Assembly: GCA_964598265.1 (NCBI GenBank)
Contig: CAZRBD010000003.1
Span: forward strand, 1-62,311
Source: an uncultured archaeon
GTDB taxonomy: Archaea > Asgardarchaeota > Lokiarchaeia > Sigyniarchaeales > SOKP01
Direction of reading: 5' to 3'
Length of the DNA stretch: 62,311 bases
The notes under the pieces were generated by a model. That model worked only from the letters and a program-made list of their open reading frames with translations, was not told the origin of the DNA and searched no databases. Of the stretch, positions 29,392-39,701 are shown in pieces. Each line of letters starts with the position of its first letter. Within the stretch, counting starts at the first letter, position 1. Made by a program: the position numbers and the translations under genes.

Positions 29392-30036
29392 ATGGAGAAT
29401 GAATTGGAATTACAAGACTTAAAAGAAATTGCGATTGCAAAAATTAAAGCTGCTTATAACCATTCTGTGGATTTAGAAGCAAATCATTCAGTTCTTTGGG
29501 ATAGATTTGCTAAAAGAAGAAAAATAAAACTCAGCATAACTTTAATTTTAAGTTTGATAGCAGCTAGTTCATTAATTTTTACTATTACATTTAATGATTT
29601 AACAGATATAAGAAATTATTTGTTCTTAGCTGATATTTTTGCGCTAATCATTGCAGGATTCATTATTTGGGAGGTTATTTTTGCATTTAAAGGGAAATTG
29701 GAAGATCATGGACAAATTGTAAATGGAGCACTGCGATTACGCGAGATGAGTATAGGGTTTCTTCAATATAAATTGGACAATCTTGATAAAAAAGGTTATA
29801 TTGATGAATTAAAGTCTCTTGAAATTAATGATTCAAACCTAACAAAAAAGAGCGCTAAATATACTAAAAATCTTTCAAAAAAAGTAAAGAGTATAGTTAA
29901 TGATAAAATTGAGGATCTTGAAAAACAGGGTATAAAAAAATACTTTATGATTCAAGAAGAAATTGACTCTGCAACCAAAAAATTACAGAAGTTTACAGCT
30001 TTAAGGACATGCGAAGCTTGGATTAAATTCACATAA
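29392..30036 (+). CDS. two-TM protein, possibly SLATT-like
   Basis: An N-terminal helix is followed by two TM helices (ITLILSLIAASSLIFTI and LFLADIFALIIAGFIIWEVIF). Next comes KGKLEDHGQIVNGALRLREMSIGF and a helical tail. The topology matches my memory of SLATT 2TM effectors, but this is weakly supported. Confidence 0.35.
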   Translation: MENELELQDLKEIAIAKIKAAYNHSVDLEANHSVLWDRFAKRRKIKLSITLILSLIAASSLIFTITFNDLTDIRNYLFLADIFALIIAGFIIWEVIFAFKGKLEDHGQIVNGALRLREMSIGFLQYKLDNLDKKGYIDELKSLEINDSNLTKKSAKYTKNLSKKVKSIVNDKIEDLEKQGIKKYFMIQEEIDSATKKLQKFTALRTCEAWIKFT

Positions 30037-30188
30037 TTATATCTAATACTGTGATAAGCAATAATGAAGAATTGGGTAAAAATGTAGAAGTATGGTCATT
30101 TAGATAAGTATATTCCTAAAATAATAATGAGTAATTAATTACAAAATTTAATTGAATAAAGATATATTAAAAGGAGGTTAGATATCTT

Positions 30189-30617
30189 ATGGAAGGGAAA
30201 TTAAGAAGAATAATAACTGGTAATAATGAGGAAGGCAAATCAATTATAGCCTATGATGGCCCTCCTATTGGATTTGGAGGTCTTTCCGAGATGTGGGTTA
30301 CAGATAGGTCGCCCGCAGATAATAAGCATAAAAATGATGCTGCGAAGCGAGAATTTAGACTTGAACCTCCACCAAATGGTTCTCTACTTCGTTTCTTTCA
30401 GATAAATCCTGGAAAAAACTCAGGTATGCATAAAACTAAAACTGTTGATTATATTATATTGCTTGAAGGAGAAATAACACTCCTTTTGGAGGACGATGAG
30501 GTGGATTTAAAACCATTTGATGTTGTAATTCAGAGGGGTACGAATCATGACTGGGTAAATAAAGGTTCTAATCCGGCTCTTTTAGTTGCAGTCATGATAG
30601 ATGCTGAGCCAGTGTAA
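30189..30617 (+). CDS. cupin domain protein
   Basis: 142 aa. MHKTKTVDYIILLEGEITLLLEDDEVDLKPFDVVIQRGTNHDWVN matches the cupin beta-barrel pattern. A GGAGG lies upstream. Confidence 0.6.
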   Translation: MEGKLRRIITGNNEEGKSIIAYDGPPIGFGGLSEMWVTDRSPADNKHKNDAAKREFRLEPPPNGSLLRFFQINPGKNSGMHKTKTVDYIILLEGEITLLLEDDEVDLKPFDVVIQRGTNHDWVNKGSNPALLVAVMIDAEPV

Positions 30618-30669
30618 TAATTAAACATCTTTTCTTTTCAAATATCTTTTATTTGAAATAAAAAACGCT

Positions 30670-31448
30670 GTGGCAACTATCACATTCAATAGGGAATATA
30701 AATTGAATGCCATAAATGGTAAAATGTTTGATGAAATATATGAAGCGTTAGATGAGGTTGCAAAAAATAGTGAAGTTAGAGCTGCGATAATTACAGGAAA
30801 AGGCAGAGTTTTTTCTACTGGAATTGATTTTAATCAAGCCAGCGAAGGAATGGCTGGTGATGTTGATGATGTTGAAGATAGTGGAAAAATGCAATCAGGA
30901 GAGATGGAAATCGATGTGTCTCAAAAGCGTACTGTATTAAAATTATATAAAACACAAAAACCCATAATAACGCTATAAACGGCCTGGCTTTAGGAGGTGG
31001 GTTTAATATTGCTTTAAATTGTGACTTAATTTACGCAGCTAACAGTGCTGAATTGGGTACTTTTTTCATGAAACGTGCGCTTATTCCGGAGATGGCTTCT
31101 ACATATTTATTGCCAAGAATAGTTGGAATCCATAAAGCAAAAGAATTGATTTTCTTTGGAGAACGATTTAGCGCTCAAGATGCGTTAAAAATGGGATTAA
31201 TTAACGGTTTGTTCCCTGATGATGTCGTCATTGATAAGGTAAAAGAAATTGCTGAAAAATTAGCAAGTGGTCCTACATTCTCTATAGGCCTTGCTAAATT
31301 GGCAATAACGAAAGTATTGGAAGCGAAGATGATAGAAGCTTGTAATAATGAATCTGAAGCATTATTTAAAGCTTTTGATAGTATTGATTTAACAGAAGGG
31401 TTGCTTGCTTTCTTTGAGAAAAGAGAACCAAAATTTTTAGGGCGATGA
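30670..31448 (+). pseudogene. enoyl-CoA hydratase/isomerase (crotonase family), frameshifted and with a short N-terminus
   Basis: ORF 1 reads ...ATITFNREYKLNAINGKMFDEIYEALDEV...ITGKGRVFSTGIDF...KPIITL and stops at 30976-30978. The crotonase core continues in another frame from 30972 as AINGLALGGGFNIALNCDLIYAA... through ORF 31053-31448. Only a GTG start is available. Confidence 0.75.
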
Positions 31449-31495
31449 TGAATGAAAGACAATAAATTTTCTACTTTTAGACGTTTCTGAGATAA

Positions 31496-32998
31496 TCAAT
31501 AAATTTTAAGAATGTTCCTCTCCACAGTTGAATCGTATTGAACCACAAAAATCCTCCCCACTAAATCTTGTTTTTCTAGTGTTAAGAGCTTAGGGATGTA
31601 ATTTTTCGTTATAGCAATAGTACGAAGTCCATTTTCAAGCGTCCCAATAACAATCACTCTCTTAGGTTTTCCTAATCGATCATACATAATAGTATAGGCG
31701 TCGACTGTAAGGGATCCATTAGCTTTTTCGATGGATAAAGGCAATTTTTTTTCTATAATCGATTGTTGGATAATCGTGTCATCTCGAACACTCCAAGGAA
31801 TGTAAGGTGGTTGCGAGCCATAAATCCCTACAGATTCTCCGGAATTATAACCACCATTTGCTAAAACCATTATATTTAAAGAAGGATTGTCTCGTATCAT
31901 TCCCACTGCTGTGACAACAGCATGTAAAGAATAGACACTTAAAGGTGCTCCAAAGTATGGAAGTCCTCCTGTAATTGTTAAATTACGCGGATCATCTTTC
32001 TTTATACCTAGTTCTCTCATTATTATCTCTACTATTGAGGGAAAGCAGCTATAGATATCAAACTTATCTATATCATCAAGTGTCAGACCTGCTTGTTTTA
32101 AAGCTAGGTTAGAACTTTCTTTTATTGCAGGTGAATCATATAATAGTGGACGTCGAGTAATTTCATGGATATTGTTTAAGTCTGCACTCCCCATTAAATA
32201 AACACAATGCTTAGGATCAATTTTAAGTAGTTCAGCTACCTCCTGACTTGTAACTATTACTGAGGCAGATTGATCTACAAAATTGTTAGCACACATACGT
32301 TTCGTATAAGGATAAGTAATATAACGATTATTAAGACTAGGAGTTGTGATTTCCTCCGCTTTATGATACTTCTGAGTCCAACTGAAAGGATTTTTTGAAG
32401 CTACCTTTGAAAATCTGGTAAAAAGATCACCTAAATATTTAGTATGGTCTTCTAAACTCCGTTTAGAAATCGTTCTAATGGCACTCTCAAAAATTGCATA
32501 TGGTATTGCCGCTCTTCTAAACCCATACAGCCTTTCAAAATCGTCAATCCCCCCCCATATCTTCTTTTCCATGTATTTTGGGGATTTATATGGAGGCCAA
32601 CTTTTAGGAAGAGTATTTTTAATTATTTTAGATCCCGTGTAGCCCGCTTCCCCTCCTGTAATAAGAACACTGCGATGAATTCCAGTAAAAATAGATTTGG
32701 CAGCTCGATTTATTAACATTTGAGGGCTGTTTCCGCCATCGCCTAAATAAACTTTTTCTTTTGGAGTTATATTGAGTTTTTCACTAAGTTCACCAGGAGC
32801 GTCTTCATATGACCAAGATATAATATTAACCATATAAACAGCATCGATAAAATCTACTAAACTATTAACATTTGTATCATCAATAGCTTTCTGGCTAGTT
32901 TTGATCATTAGTCTTAGTGGATCAAGAGGCTGAGAAGTACCCTTACGTTGCGTGAACTGAGCTACACCAATAATAACGGGAATTTTTTTTTTATTCAT
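31496..32998 (-). CDS. thiolase-like protein with a C-terminal OB-fold (DUF35-like) extension
   Basis: The N-terminus IPVIIGVAQFTQRKG and thiolase-like segments (GGNSPQ, ITGGLPYFGAPLSVYSLH) support the thiolase call. The last roughly 100 aa (LTVDAYTIMYDRLGKPKRVIVIGTLENGLRTIAI...GRIFVV) resemble acyl-CoA-associated OB folds. Confidence 0.6.
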   Translation of the reverse strand: MNKKKIPVIIGVAQFTQRKGTSQPLDPLRLMIKTSQKAIDDTNVNSLVDFIDAVYMVNIISWSYEDAPGELSEKLNITPKEKVYLGDGGNSPQMLINRAAKSIFTGIHRSVLITGGEAGYTGSKIIKNTLPKSWPPYKSPKYMEKKIWGGIDDFERLYGFRRAAIPYAIFESAIRTISKRSLEDHTKYLGDLFTRFSKVASKNPFSWTQKYHKAEEITTPSLNNRYITYPYTKRMCANNFVDQSASVIVTSQEVAELLKIDPKHCVYLMGSADLNNIHEITRRPLLYDSPAIKESSNLALKQAGLTLDDIDKFDIYSCFPSIVEIIMRELGIKKDDPRNLTITGGLPYFGAPLSVYSLHAVVTAVGMIRDNPSLNIMVLANGGYNSGESVGIYGSQPPYIPWSVRDDTIIQQSIIEKKLPLSIEKANGSLTVDAYTIMYDRLGKPKRVIVIGTLENGLRTIAITKNYIPKLLTLEKQDLVGRIFVVQYDSTVERNILKIY

Positions 32999-33374
32999 AA
33001 TAGAACTCGTTTTGCTAATAATGGATTATCTCTTATTTGTATAAAAAATTAGGTATTTTTTGTTACAATAATGGAAAAGATAGATCGACATGTTTGTTTT
33101 GTAATTAACCCAATCAATTGGATTTTCTCTTATTTCCTCATCAACAAATCTGTTACCACTCTCGGTATTATTGATAAAATTTTATTTTTCACCCTTTTTG
33201 GATTGTTCCAGTGGAATGATCAACACTACTGACATTAAAACCGTTGTCTGTAAGTGTAATGGAATTTGAGGGTAAATTTTTTATTGATTGTAAGAACTAA
33301 ATAATTGATCAAAATAATTATAAATAGATCAAACTTCTCTATTATTTCAATAATATACTTTTAGTGGTAATAGA

Positions 33375-34379
33375 ATGCCTAATTATTGTGAGCAATGCGG
33401 AAAAGCTTTAAAAGATGATTCAATTTCATGCCCATTTTGCAATTATCCTCCCGTACATGAACAAATTAAAAACAAGCAAACCGAACATAAGCCCGAAGAG
33501 ATATCTGGATACAAAGATAAATCTTTTAAGGATCCTAAATCCAATGTTGAAGGTAAAAAAGAATCTAAATATATTCTTTCTCCAGCCCATCGAAAAATTT
33601 TTTTACTGAAAGTATTACCAATTTTATTGATTGGAAATCTAATTTGGCTGATAGGTGATCTATTTTTTACCCTAATCCTTGCTAATTTACAATTTTCAGA
33701 GTTTGTTGGAATATATATTTTGATTGTAATAGTCGATATTATTATGTTTTTTTCATTGAATAGAATATCTCAAAAAGGTAAGAGTGTTTTAGGAATTATT
33801 ATTTATTTTTTATTTACATTTACCGCCGGTATTATTACGGTTCCAATTGTTATGTTGGGTAATCCTTTAGCAAAACAAGTTCATATGGTCGTATTTATAG
33901 CTTTAGAATGTGCAATTATTGTGTGTTTAATTGGAATCTCACTTAAAGATAAATACCTCGCTAAGGGATATGGCCTTGCTCATGCATTTCTATTTATAAT
34001 CTTTCTAATAATTGCTGAAATCATCTTTCTTGTAGTATTCAATATTAAAAATTTCTTGTTGACAATTTCTATTTCTGTGGCAGCAATTTGTATCTTTACG
34101 TTGACTACTATGTTTTTTGGGGCAATAGCAACTAAAAGAATAGAAAAATTACCTGCGATTTTTATAGCGTATAAAATTGTTAGCGTTTATATGTTTATCC
34201 TAATTGGTACAATAATACTCGCAATTGTAGTGTTAATTATTATTGCAATAGTCATTCTGTTAGATGACGCTGGTATTAGATTCCCCTCTTTTGGCTATTT
34301 ATCACATATTTTTTGGGGCACATCTTCAAGTTCAAGAAACAGGAGGAGAGATGAAGAGGTTGATGAGCTTTATTATTAA
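33375..34379 (+). CDS. N-terminal zinc-ribbon protein with about 7 TM helices (possibly Bax-inhibitor-1/YccA-like)
   Basis: CEQCGKALKDDSISCPFC followed by a polytopic hydrophobic body. The family call is tentative. Confidence 0.5.
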   Translation: MPNYCEQCGKALKDDSISCPFCNYPPVHEQIKNKQTEHKPEEISGYKDKSFKDPKSNVEGKKESKYILSPAHRKIFLLKVLPILLIGNLIWLIGDLFFTLILANLQFSEFVGIYILIVIVDIIMFFSLNRISQKGKSVLGIIIYFLFTFTAGIITVPIVMLGNPLAKQVHMVVFIALECAIIVCLIGISLKDKYLAKGYGLAHAFLFIIFLIIAEIIFLVVFNIKNFLLTISISVAAICIFTLTTMFFGAIATKRIEKLPAIFIAYKIVSVYMFILIGTIILAIVVLIIIAIVILLDDAGIRFPSFGYLSHIFWGTSSSSRNRRRDEEVDELYY

Positions 34380-34478
34380 AATATTATTTTTATAAAATTT
34401 TTATTTCAAAGTTTTTAAGAAAAATATTGATATGCATACAATAACCTTTAATTAATTAGGAGCCATAGGAGAACAAAT

Positions 34479-34785
34479 ATGACAAAAAGTAATTTGAAGA
34501 AACTTAAGTTAGTATCTCTCATTGGAGGTATTTATGAAATTTTTTTTTGGATTTATGTTGATTTTTTTCATTGTTCCCTTATTAAATTTATTATGATTAA
34601 ACATTACTAAATTAGAATACCCCATTTTTGCTCATACAGGAGGTTTGTTAGCTATTATTATTGGTTTAATGTTATCATTCTCTGCTTACAATGTAGAGAA
34701 GTATTTGCTTAATATAATATTAATAATTATATTACGCTTAATCATCCAGATTGTAATCAAAAAACAGGTTGAACTCTTAACATAA
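34479..34785 (+). pseudogene. decayed small membrane-protein gene
   Basis: ATG at 34479. The hydrophobic reading (..IGGIYEIFFGFMLIFFIVPLLNLL*LNITKLEYPIFAHTGGLLAIIIGLMLSF..) needs a frame change at the T9 run (34540-34548) and passes an in-frame TGA at 34594-34596. Confidence 0.3.
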
Positions 34786-34839
34786 AATAGGATAATGGAT
34801 TAGATTCTGAGTAATATAAGACATGTTTAATAACTTATT

Positions 34840-34968
34840 ATGATCGAAAAATGTCGTAATTGTGGAATGATACGTGCAACTAAAGATTTAGTATTGTTGG
34901 AAATCGGAAAATATATATGTTTCTCTTGTTGGAACAGAGTATATGTCGAAAAGAGGAGGAAACCTTAA
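34840..34968 (+). CDS. small zinc-ribbon protein (42 aa)
   Basis: My translation is MIEKCRNCGMIRATKDLVLLEIGKYICFSCWNRVYVEKRRKP, with two CxxC pairs. It is too short for the ORF track. Confidence 0.35.
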   Translation: MIEKCRNCGMIRATKDLVLLEIGKYICFSCWNRVYVEKRRKP

Positions 34969-35001
34969 TCTAAGTTCCTGGAGTTATCTATTCAAGCTTG
35001 A

Positions 35002-35217
35002 TTAATCATAAGATATTAGAAAAGTATATTTTTCAAGATTGAATTTTTTTATTTTAAGATCTTCTTTTGGATCTTGATTTGGAAAAAGGGGAACTTTCAC
35101 AACAATCTTGAAATTTTCTAGATAAAAATTATTATAAAAAACGTTTTCAAATTTATCCCAATCAATGAATTTCTGAATAATCACATCATTATTTTTTACT
35201 GTTCGAACTACAGACAT
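35002..35217 (-). CDS. hypothetical small protein
   Basis: ORF only (71 aa). It has no recognisable motif and sits in an otherwise empty region. Confidence 0.3.
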   Translation of the reverse strand: MSVVRTVKNNDVIIQKFIDWDKFENVFYNNFYLENFKIVVKVPLFPNQDPKEDLKIKKFNLEKYTFLISYD

Positions 35218-35609
35218 GATTAATTTTGATTTTTATGGTAATTATTTCAAATTTATTTTTTAGGAGAATTGGTTCATTACAACCCTTTCTAAATGCTAAG
35301 TTCACTCTGAAATAAAGAATTAATGGTTATTTCTGAGGGATCGCTCCGATATGGTAACATCTATATTATAATAAATTGTATATTTAAATGTTTCTTCAAA
35401 AAAATTTAAGTAGGGTTAAATCTCACAGTAATACTCTTAAAAACCATCATTATGATGATTCCTCTGTATCCGATTTTACATTGTAGAAAAAGTTATTTAG
35501 TTAAATAAACAACCGTTTGAGTAAACTTAGTCTTAAAAAACTTGGTGGTTTCGAAAAAATTTAATAAAGTCAAATTTATTTGAAACTAAAAGAAATCTGA
35601 AAATTATCT

Positions 35610-37574
35610 ATGAAAACAGGATTTTTTGGAAAAGTTTTATGGGTAAATCTCACTGAAGAGATCTTTCAAGATGAATTAATTGATAAAATAATTTATCAAC
35701 ATTATCTTGGAGGTTATGGTTTAGCTGTTAAACTTATTTATGAGGCTACACGGTCCGGAATTGATCCATTAAGTCCTGAATCTGTATTTGGTTTCTTTCC
35801 TGGACTATTAACTGGAACTGCTGCTCCCCTTTCAGGTAGGTATATGGTTGCGGGTAAATCTCCTTTAACCGGGACGTGGGGGGATTCGAATAGTGGAGGA
35901 ACTTTTGGTCCCGAGATTAAGAAATGTGGATATGATGCAATTCTTTTCACTGGTGCTGCTAATTCTCCTAAATATGTATCAATTATAGAAGGCAAAAAGG
36001 AGATACAAGATGCTTCTGATATTTGGGGTATGGATATAATTGAAGCTGAAAATAAACTAAAACAAAAACATGGAAAGTTTATAAAAACAGCTGGGATTGG
36101 ACAAGCGGGTGAAAAATTGTCTCGGATTTCAGGAATAGCGAATGATAAAGGACGAATTGCAGCACGCTCAGGTTTTGGCGCAGTTATGGGCTCTAAAAAC
36201 TTAAAATCCCTTGTCTTAAAAGGAAATAACAAAATTCTTTTTCAAAATAAAGTTAAATTTATAGACTTAATAAAGGCCTATAATGAAAATGGTACAAATG
36301 GAGAACCAAATAGATTAATAGCCTCTATCCTAAAAAATGTACCAAACATGGCAAAAACAATTCGTAGGCTTAGAATTGGCTTTTCTGGACCTCCCAAAAT
36401 GATAAAAAGAATTTATCGATCATTTGGAACTAGTGTAGGGAATACGATATCGGCGGAAACGAATGATTCACCTATAAAAAACTGGAATGGGATTGGAATG
36501 TATGATTTTCCGTTCAAAAAATCTAAAAATCTTTCAGCAACACAAATTCAAAAGTATAAAATAAGGGATTATGGATGTTTTAGTTGTCCCGTTCAATGTG
36601 GTGCGATTCTAAAAGTTCCAGAATTGAATTTAGAAGAAACATATCTTCCTGAATATGAAACCTGTTGTGCCTTTGGAACTCTTCTGCTTAATAATGATTT
36701 ATTATCTATTTTTGAGATTAATGATTTATGTAATCGAGCAGCAATTGACACCATATCTACCGGTTCCACTATTGCTTTTGCAATCGAATGTTTTGAAAAA
36801 GGGATCATAAATGTGAAGGATACTAATGGTTTGGAATTAACATGGGGGAATTCAGAAGCAATTGTTGAATTAGTAAAATTAATTATTAGACGTGAGGGAT
36901 TTGGGGACATCTTAGCTGATGGAAGTAAAATTGCGGCAAAAAAAATAGGAAAAGGATGTAACGAATATACTATGACTTCTCTAGGCTCAGAAATAGCCAT
37001 GCATAATCCTAAAATTTTTCCATCTCTAGCATTTACCTATAATTATGATCCAACTCCGGGAAGACATACAGCAGCAAGCATAGACTTTATTGATATTGGC
37101 CCGATAAACAAATTTCAAAAGGGTTTCAAGTTACCATCTGGATGGAAGAAAGATGAGAAAAGAAAGCAAAAAGGACAAATGCTGATCTCCTCTTTTCATC
37201 AAGTATTGAATAGTGCCGGGCTATGTATGTTCGCAACATTGTTTGGTTCTTACCCTTTTTATGATCTAATTAACACTTTAACTGGCTGGGATAATTCAGT
37301 TGAGGATTTTATAAAAATTGGATTAAGGATACAAACTCTACGACAGTCATTCACTTTACGTGAAGGAATAGACATAGCAAATAATACTATACCTGATAGA
37401 GTAATTGGCAATCCTCCCGATAAAAGAGGTCCAACTAAGGGAATAACTATTGAATATAAAGACTTTTATAAAGGATATTGCAGAGAAATGGGTTGGAATC
37501 CTGAAAATGGATACCCTTTGAAAGAAACTCTCAAAAATCTCGATTTAGAATTTGTCATAGAAGACTTATATTAA
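35610..37574 (+). CDS. aor: aldehyde:ferredoxin oxidoreductase family (tungstopterin enzyme)
   Basis: AOR N-terminal domain (GKVLWVNLTEE...YLGGYGLAVKLIY), the Fe-S ligand motif DYGCFSCPVQCG and 654 aa, typical of the AOR family. Confidence 0.9.
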   Translation: MKTGFFGKVLWVNLTEEIFQDELIDKIIYQHYLGGYGLAVKLIYEATRSGIDPLSPESVFGFFPGLLTGTAAPLSGRYMVAGKSPLTGTWGDSNSGGTFGPEIKKCGYDAILFTGAANSPKYVSIIEGKKEIQDASDIWGMDIIEAENKLKQKHGKFIKTAGIGQAGEKLSRISGIANDKGRIAARSGFGAVMGSKNLKSLVLKGNNKILFQNKVKFIDLIKAYNENGTNGEPNRLIASILKNVPNMAKTIRRLRIGFSGPPKMIKRIYRSFGTSVGNTISAETNDSPIKNWNGIGMYDFPFKKSKNLSATQIQKYKIRDYGCFSCPVQCGAILKVPELNLEETYLPEYETCCAFGTLLLNNDLLSIFEINDLCNRAAIDTISTGSTIAFAIECFEKGIINVKDTNGLELTWGNSEAIVELVKLIIRREGFGDILADGSKIAAKKIGKGCNEYTMTSLGSEIAMHNPKIFPSLAFTYNYDPTPGRHTAASIDFIDIGPINKFQKGFKLPSGWKKDEKRKQKGQMLISSFHQVLNSAGLCMFATLFGSYPFYDLINTLTGWDNSVEDFIKIGLRIQTLRQSFTLREGIDIANNTIPDRVIGNPPDKRGPTKGITIEYKDFYKGYCREMGWNPENGYPLKETLKNLDLEFVIEDLY

Positions 37575-37653
37575 ATATTTAATTTCAGTACTTCGTACTT
37601 AAAAAATATTCAATCATAGAATCATTTCGAATCTTATTAACATAAAAATAGTC

Positions 37654-38118
37654 ATGTCTGACCAAGAGGATCTTAAAACATTTGTTAAAACTGATATTAT
37701 TAAATCTTCAAAAAAGGTAAAAGGAAAACATTCTCCTATCTCTGAAGTTGTTGATGATGTGTCAAGAGTTTTAAAAGTTCAGGCTATTTATGATTTAAAT
37801 CAGAATCACAAAAATTTTTATTTTTTTAATGTGAAGAATTACTTTAAGAAGCCTAAAATTAGATATTATTTATCTGCAACTCTTGCAAATAACAGTTCAG
37901 ATTTGTTAGTCCAATTAGCAGGTGAGTATTTAATAAAACATGAATTAAAGTTAATCCAATATTCAATTTTTCCGGAAACATTAAGAGTTCAATTGCTTTT
38001 ACTAAAGGAGATTAAACTAGCAGAGGATTATACTCATTCTATCGAGATTTTAAATAAAATTAGGAAAAAATTTCGCAATAAGATCTTAAGATTAAAGAAT
38101 CTTGTAGAAAATGAATAA
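37654..38118 (+). CDS. hypothetical protein
   Basis: 154-aa ORF in a clean intergenic context with no recognised motif. Confidence 0.45.
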   Translation: MSDQEDLKTFVKTDIIKSSKKVKGKHSPISEVVDDVSRVLKVQAIYDLNQNHKNFYFFNVKNYFKKPKIRYYLSATLANNSSDLLVQLAGEYLIKHELKLIQYSIFPETLRVQLLLLKEIKLAEDYTHSIEILNKIRKKFRNKILRLKNLVENE

Positions 38119-38189
38119 TTTTTAAGGATATACTCAATAATATTATTAATTATTATAATTATCCATCAAATATAATTTGGTTTATTGAT

Positions 38190-39650
38190 ATGTCATTCAG
38201 AGATAATACAGTTAAAATAGTTTCAACATTAGGGCCTGCTTCTAGCTCAAAAGCAATGCTTAAAAAATTAATTGATGCGGGGGTAGATATTTTTCGCTTG
38301 AATTTTTCACACGGAGAACATTCAGAAAAAAGAGAATTAGTTAAAAAAATAAGAGAGATAAGTGAATTCACTGGCATTTTAGCTGATATTCAAGGACCTA
38401 AAATAAGGGTAGGTGAATTTAAAGGCGACCAATCTTATAATTTAAATATAGGGCAGGAAGTGAAAGTCTACGAGAAAAAAATTATGGGAGATCAAGAACA
38501 ATTTTCTATTCCATTACCAGGATTTCTTAAATCGATAAGAAAAGGTGATAATTTTTTCATAAATGATGGTATCATCAAAATTCAAGTAAAAAAGAAAGAA
38601 GCAGATCACATTATTGGAGAAGTACTTGCGGGGGGAACTATTAGTAATAGAAAAGGAGTTAATATTCCTATGGGTGAACTATCTCAAAAAGTCCCAACAG
38701 AAAAGGATATAATAGATCTTGAATTTATTGCTGAACTAGATCCTGAATATGTAGCAATATCTTTTGTGTCGGGGAGTGAGGATGTTATACATGTCAAGAA
38801 GATACTAGAAGGTTATGGAAATTCTACTATTAAACTAATTTCGAAAATTGAACGTCCCATTGCTTTAGATTATTTCGATCAGATATTAGAAGTTTCAGAT
38901 GGTATCATGGTGGCCCGTGGAGATTTGGGAGTTGAAATAGATCCGGATAAAGTGCCGTTATGGCAAAAGGAAATGATTTATAAAAGCAATCGTGAAGGAA
39001 AGCCCATTATAGTTGCGACCCAAATGCTAGAATCAATGGTTTCTAACCCGATTCCGACTAGAGCTGAAGCTAATGATGTATATAATGCTGTTATGGATGG
39101 AACCGATGCTGTTATGTTATCTGCTGAAACTGCCGTGGGGAAGTTCCCAATTAATGCTGTAGAATATATGAATCAAATTGCTAAAACAGCAACTGAAAAT
39201 ATGTCAAAACGAATTCCCGATGAGTATGATTCCGATAGATTAACTCACACACAAACTCTTGGACATGCTATTTATTCTTTAGCATCAGAAATGGAAGAGT
39301 TAAATTTTAGAGGCAAAATAGTCGTTATTACTAGAACTGGTTATGGGGCAAGAATGATAGCTAAATATCGACCGCCATTACCCATTATAGCGATAACTCC
39401 CTCAAAAAAGACTACAAGAGAATTACATTTAGTATGGGCGGTACAGGCTATGTACATAGAAAATATTGATTTTTTCCATATGGATGCCGAAGAAATAATA
39501 GAACAATCAGTAAAACATGCTGTAGAGAATAAAATGTTAGATGAGAATGAACATGTAATTATATTACTAGTTTCGAGGAAGTTTCAGAGAAGAGGTAATT
39601 TAATTGGATTGTATTATGTAGGAGAAATACTAGAATCAAGTTCTTCATGA
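38190..39650 (+). CDS. pyk: pyruvate kinase
   Basis: KIVSTLGPAS, FRLNFSHG, DIQGPKIR, VARGDLGVEI and MLSAETAVGKFP. Ends in TGA. Confidence 0.9.
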   Translation: MSFRDNTVKIVSTLGPASSSKAMLKKLIDAGVDIFRLNFSHGEHSEKRELVKKIREISEFTGILADIQGPKIRVGEFKGDQSYNLNIGQEVKVYEKKIMGDQEQFSIPLPGFLKSIRKGDNFFINDGIIKIQVKKKEADHIIGEVLAGGTISNRKGVNIPMGELSQKVPTEKDIIDLEFIAELDPEYVAISFVSGSEDVIHVKKILEGYGNSTIKLISKIERPIALDYFDQILEVSDGIMVARGDLGVEIDPDKVPLWQKEMIYKSNREGKPIIVATQMLESMVSNPIPTRAEANDVYNAVMDGTDAVMLSAETAVGKFPINAVEYMNQIAKTATENMSKRIPDEYDSDRLTHTQTLGHAIYSLASEMEELNFRGKIVVITRTGYGARMIAKYRPPLPIIAITPSKKTTRELHLVWAVQAMYIENIDFFHMDAEEIIEQSVKHAVENKMLDENEHVIILLVSRKFQRRGNLIGLYYVGEILESSSS

Positions 39651-39701
39651 AGATAGATTTACAACTATTTCTATTTAAATAATTCAAAGTAATTGAGAAA
39701 T

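Noticed and set aside
30948-30978. Programmed -1 ribosomal frameshift in the crotonase gene
   Set aside because: The overlap window (30951-30975) has no canonical X-XXY-YYZ slippery heptamer in frame, and the N-terminus also looks eroded. A simple indel pseudogene or a sequencing error is more likely.
35738-37000. Antisense ORFs of 164 aa and 135 aa within the AOR gene
   Set aside because: They lie fully inside a strongly supported 654-aa AOR CDS. Their sequences are low-complexity with no motifs.
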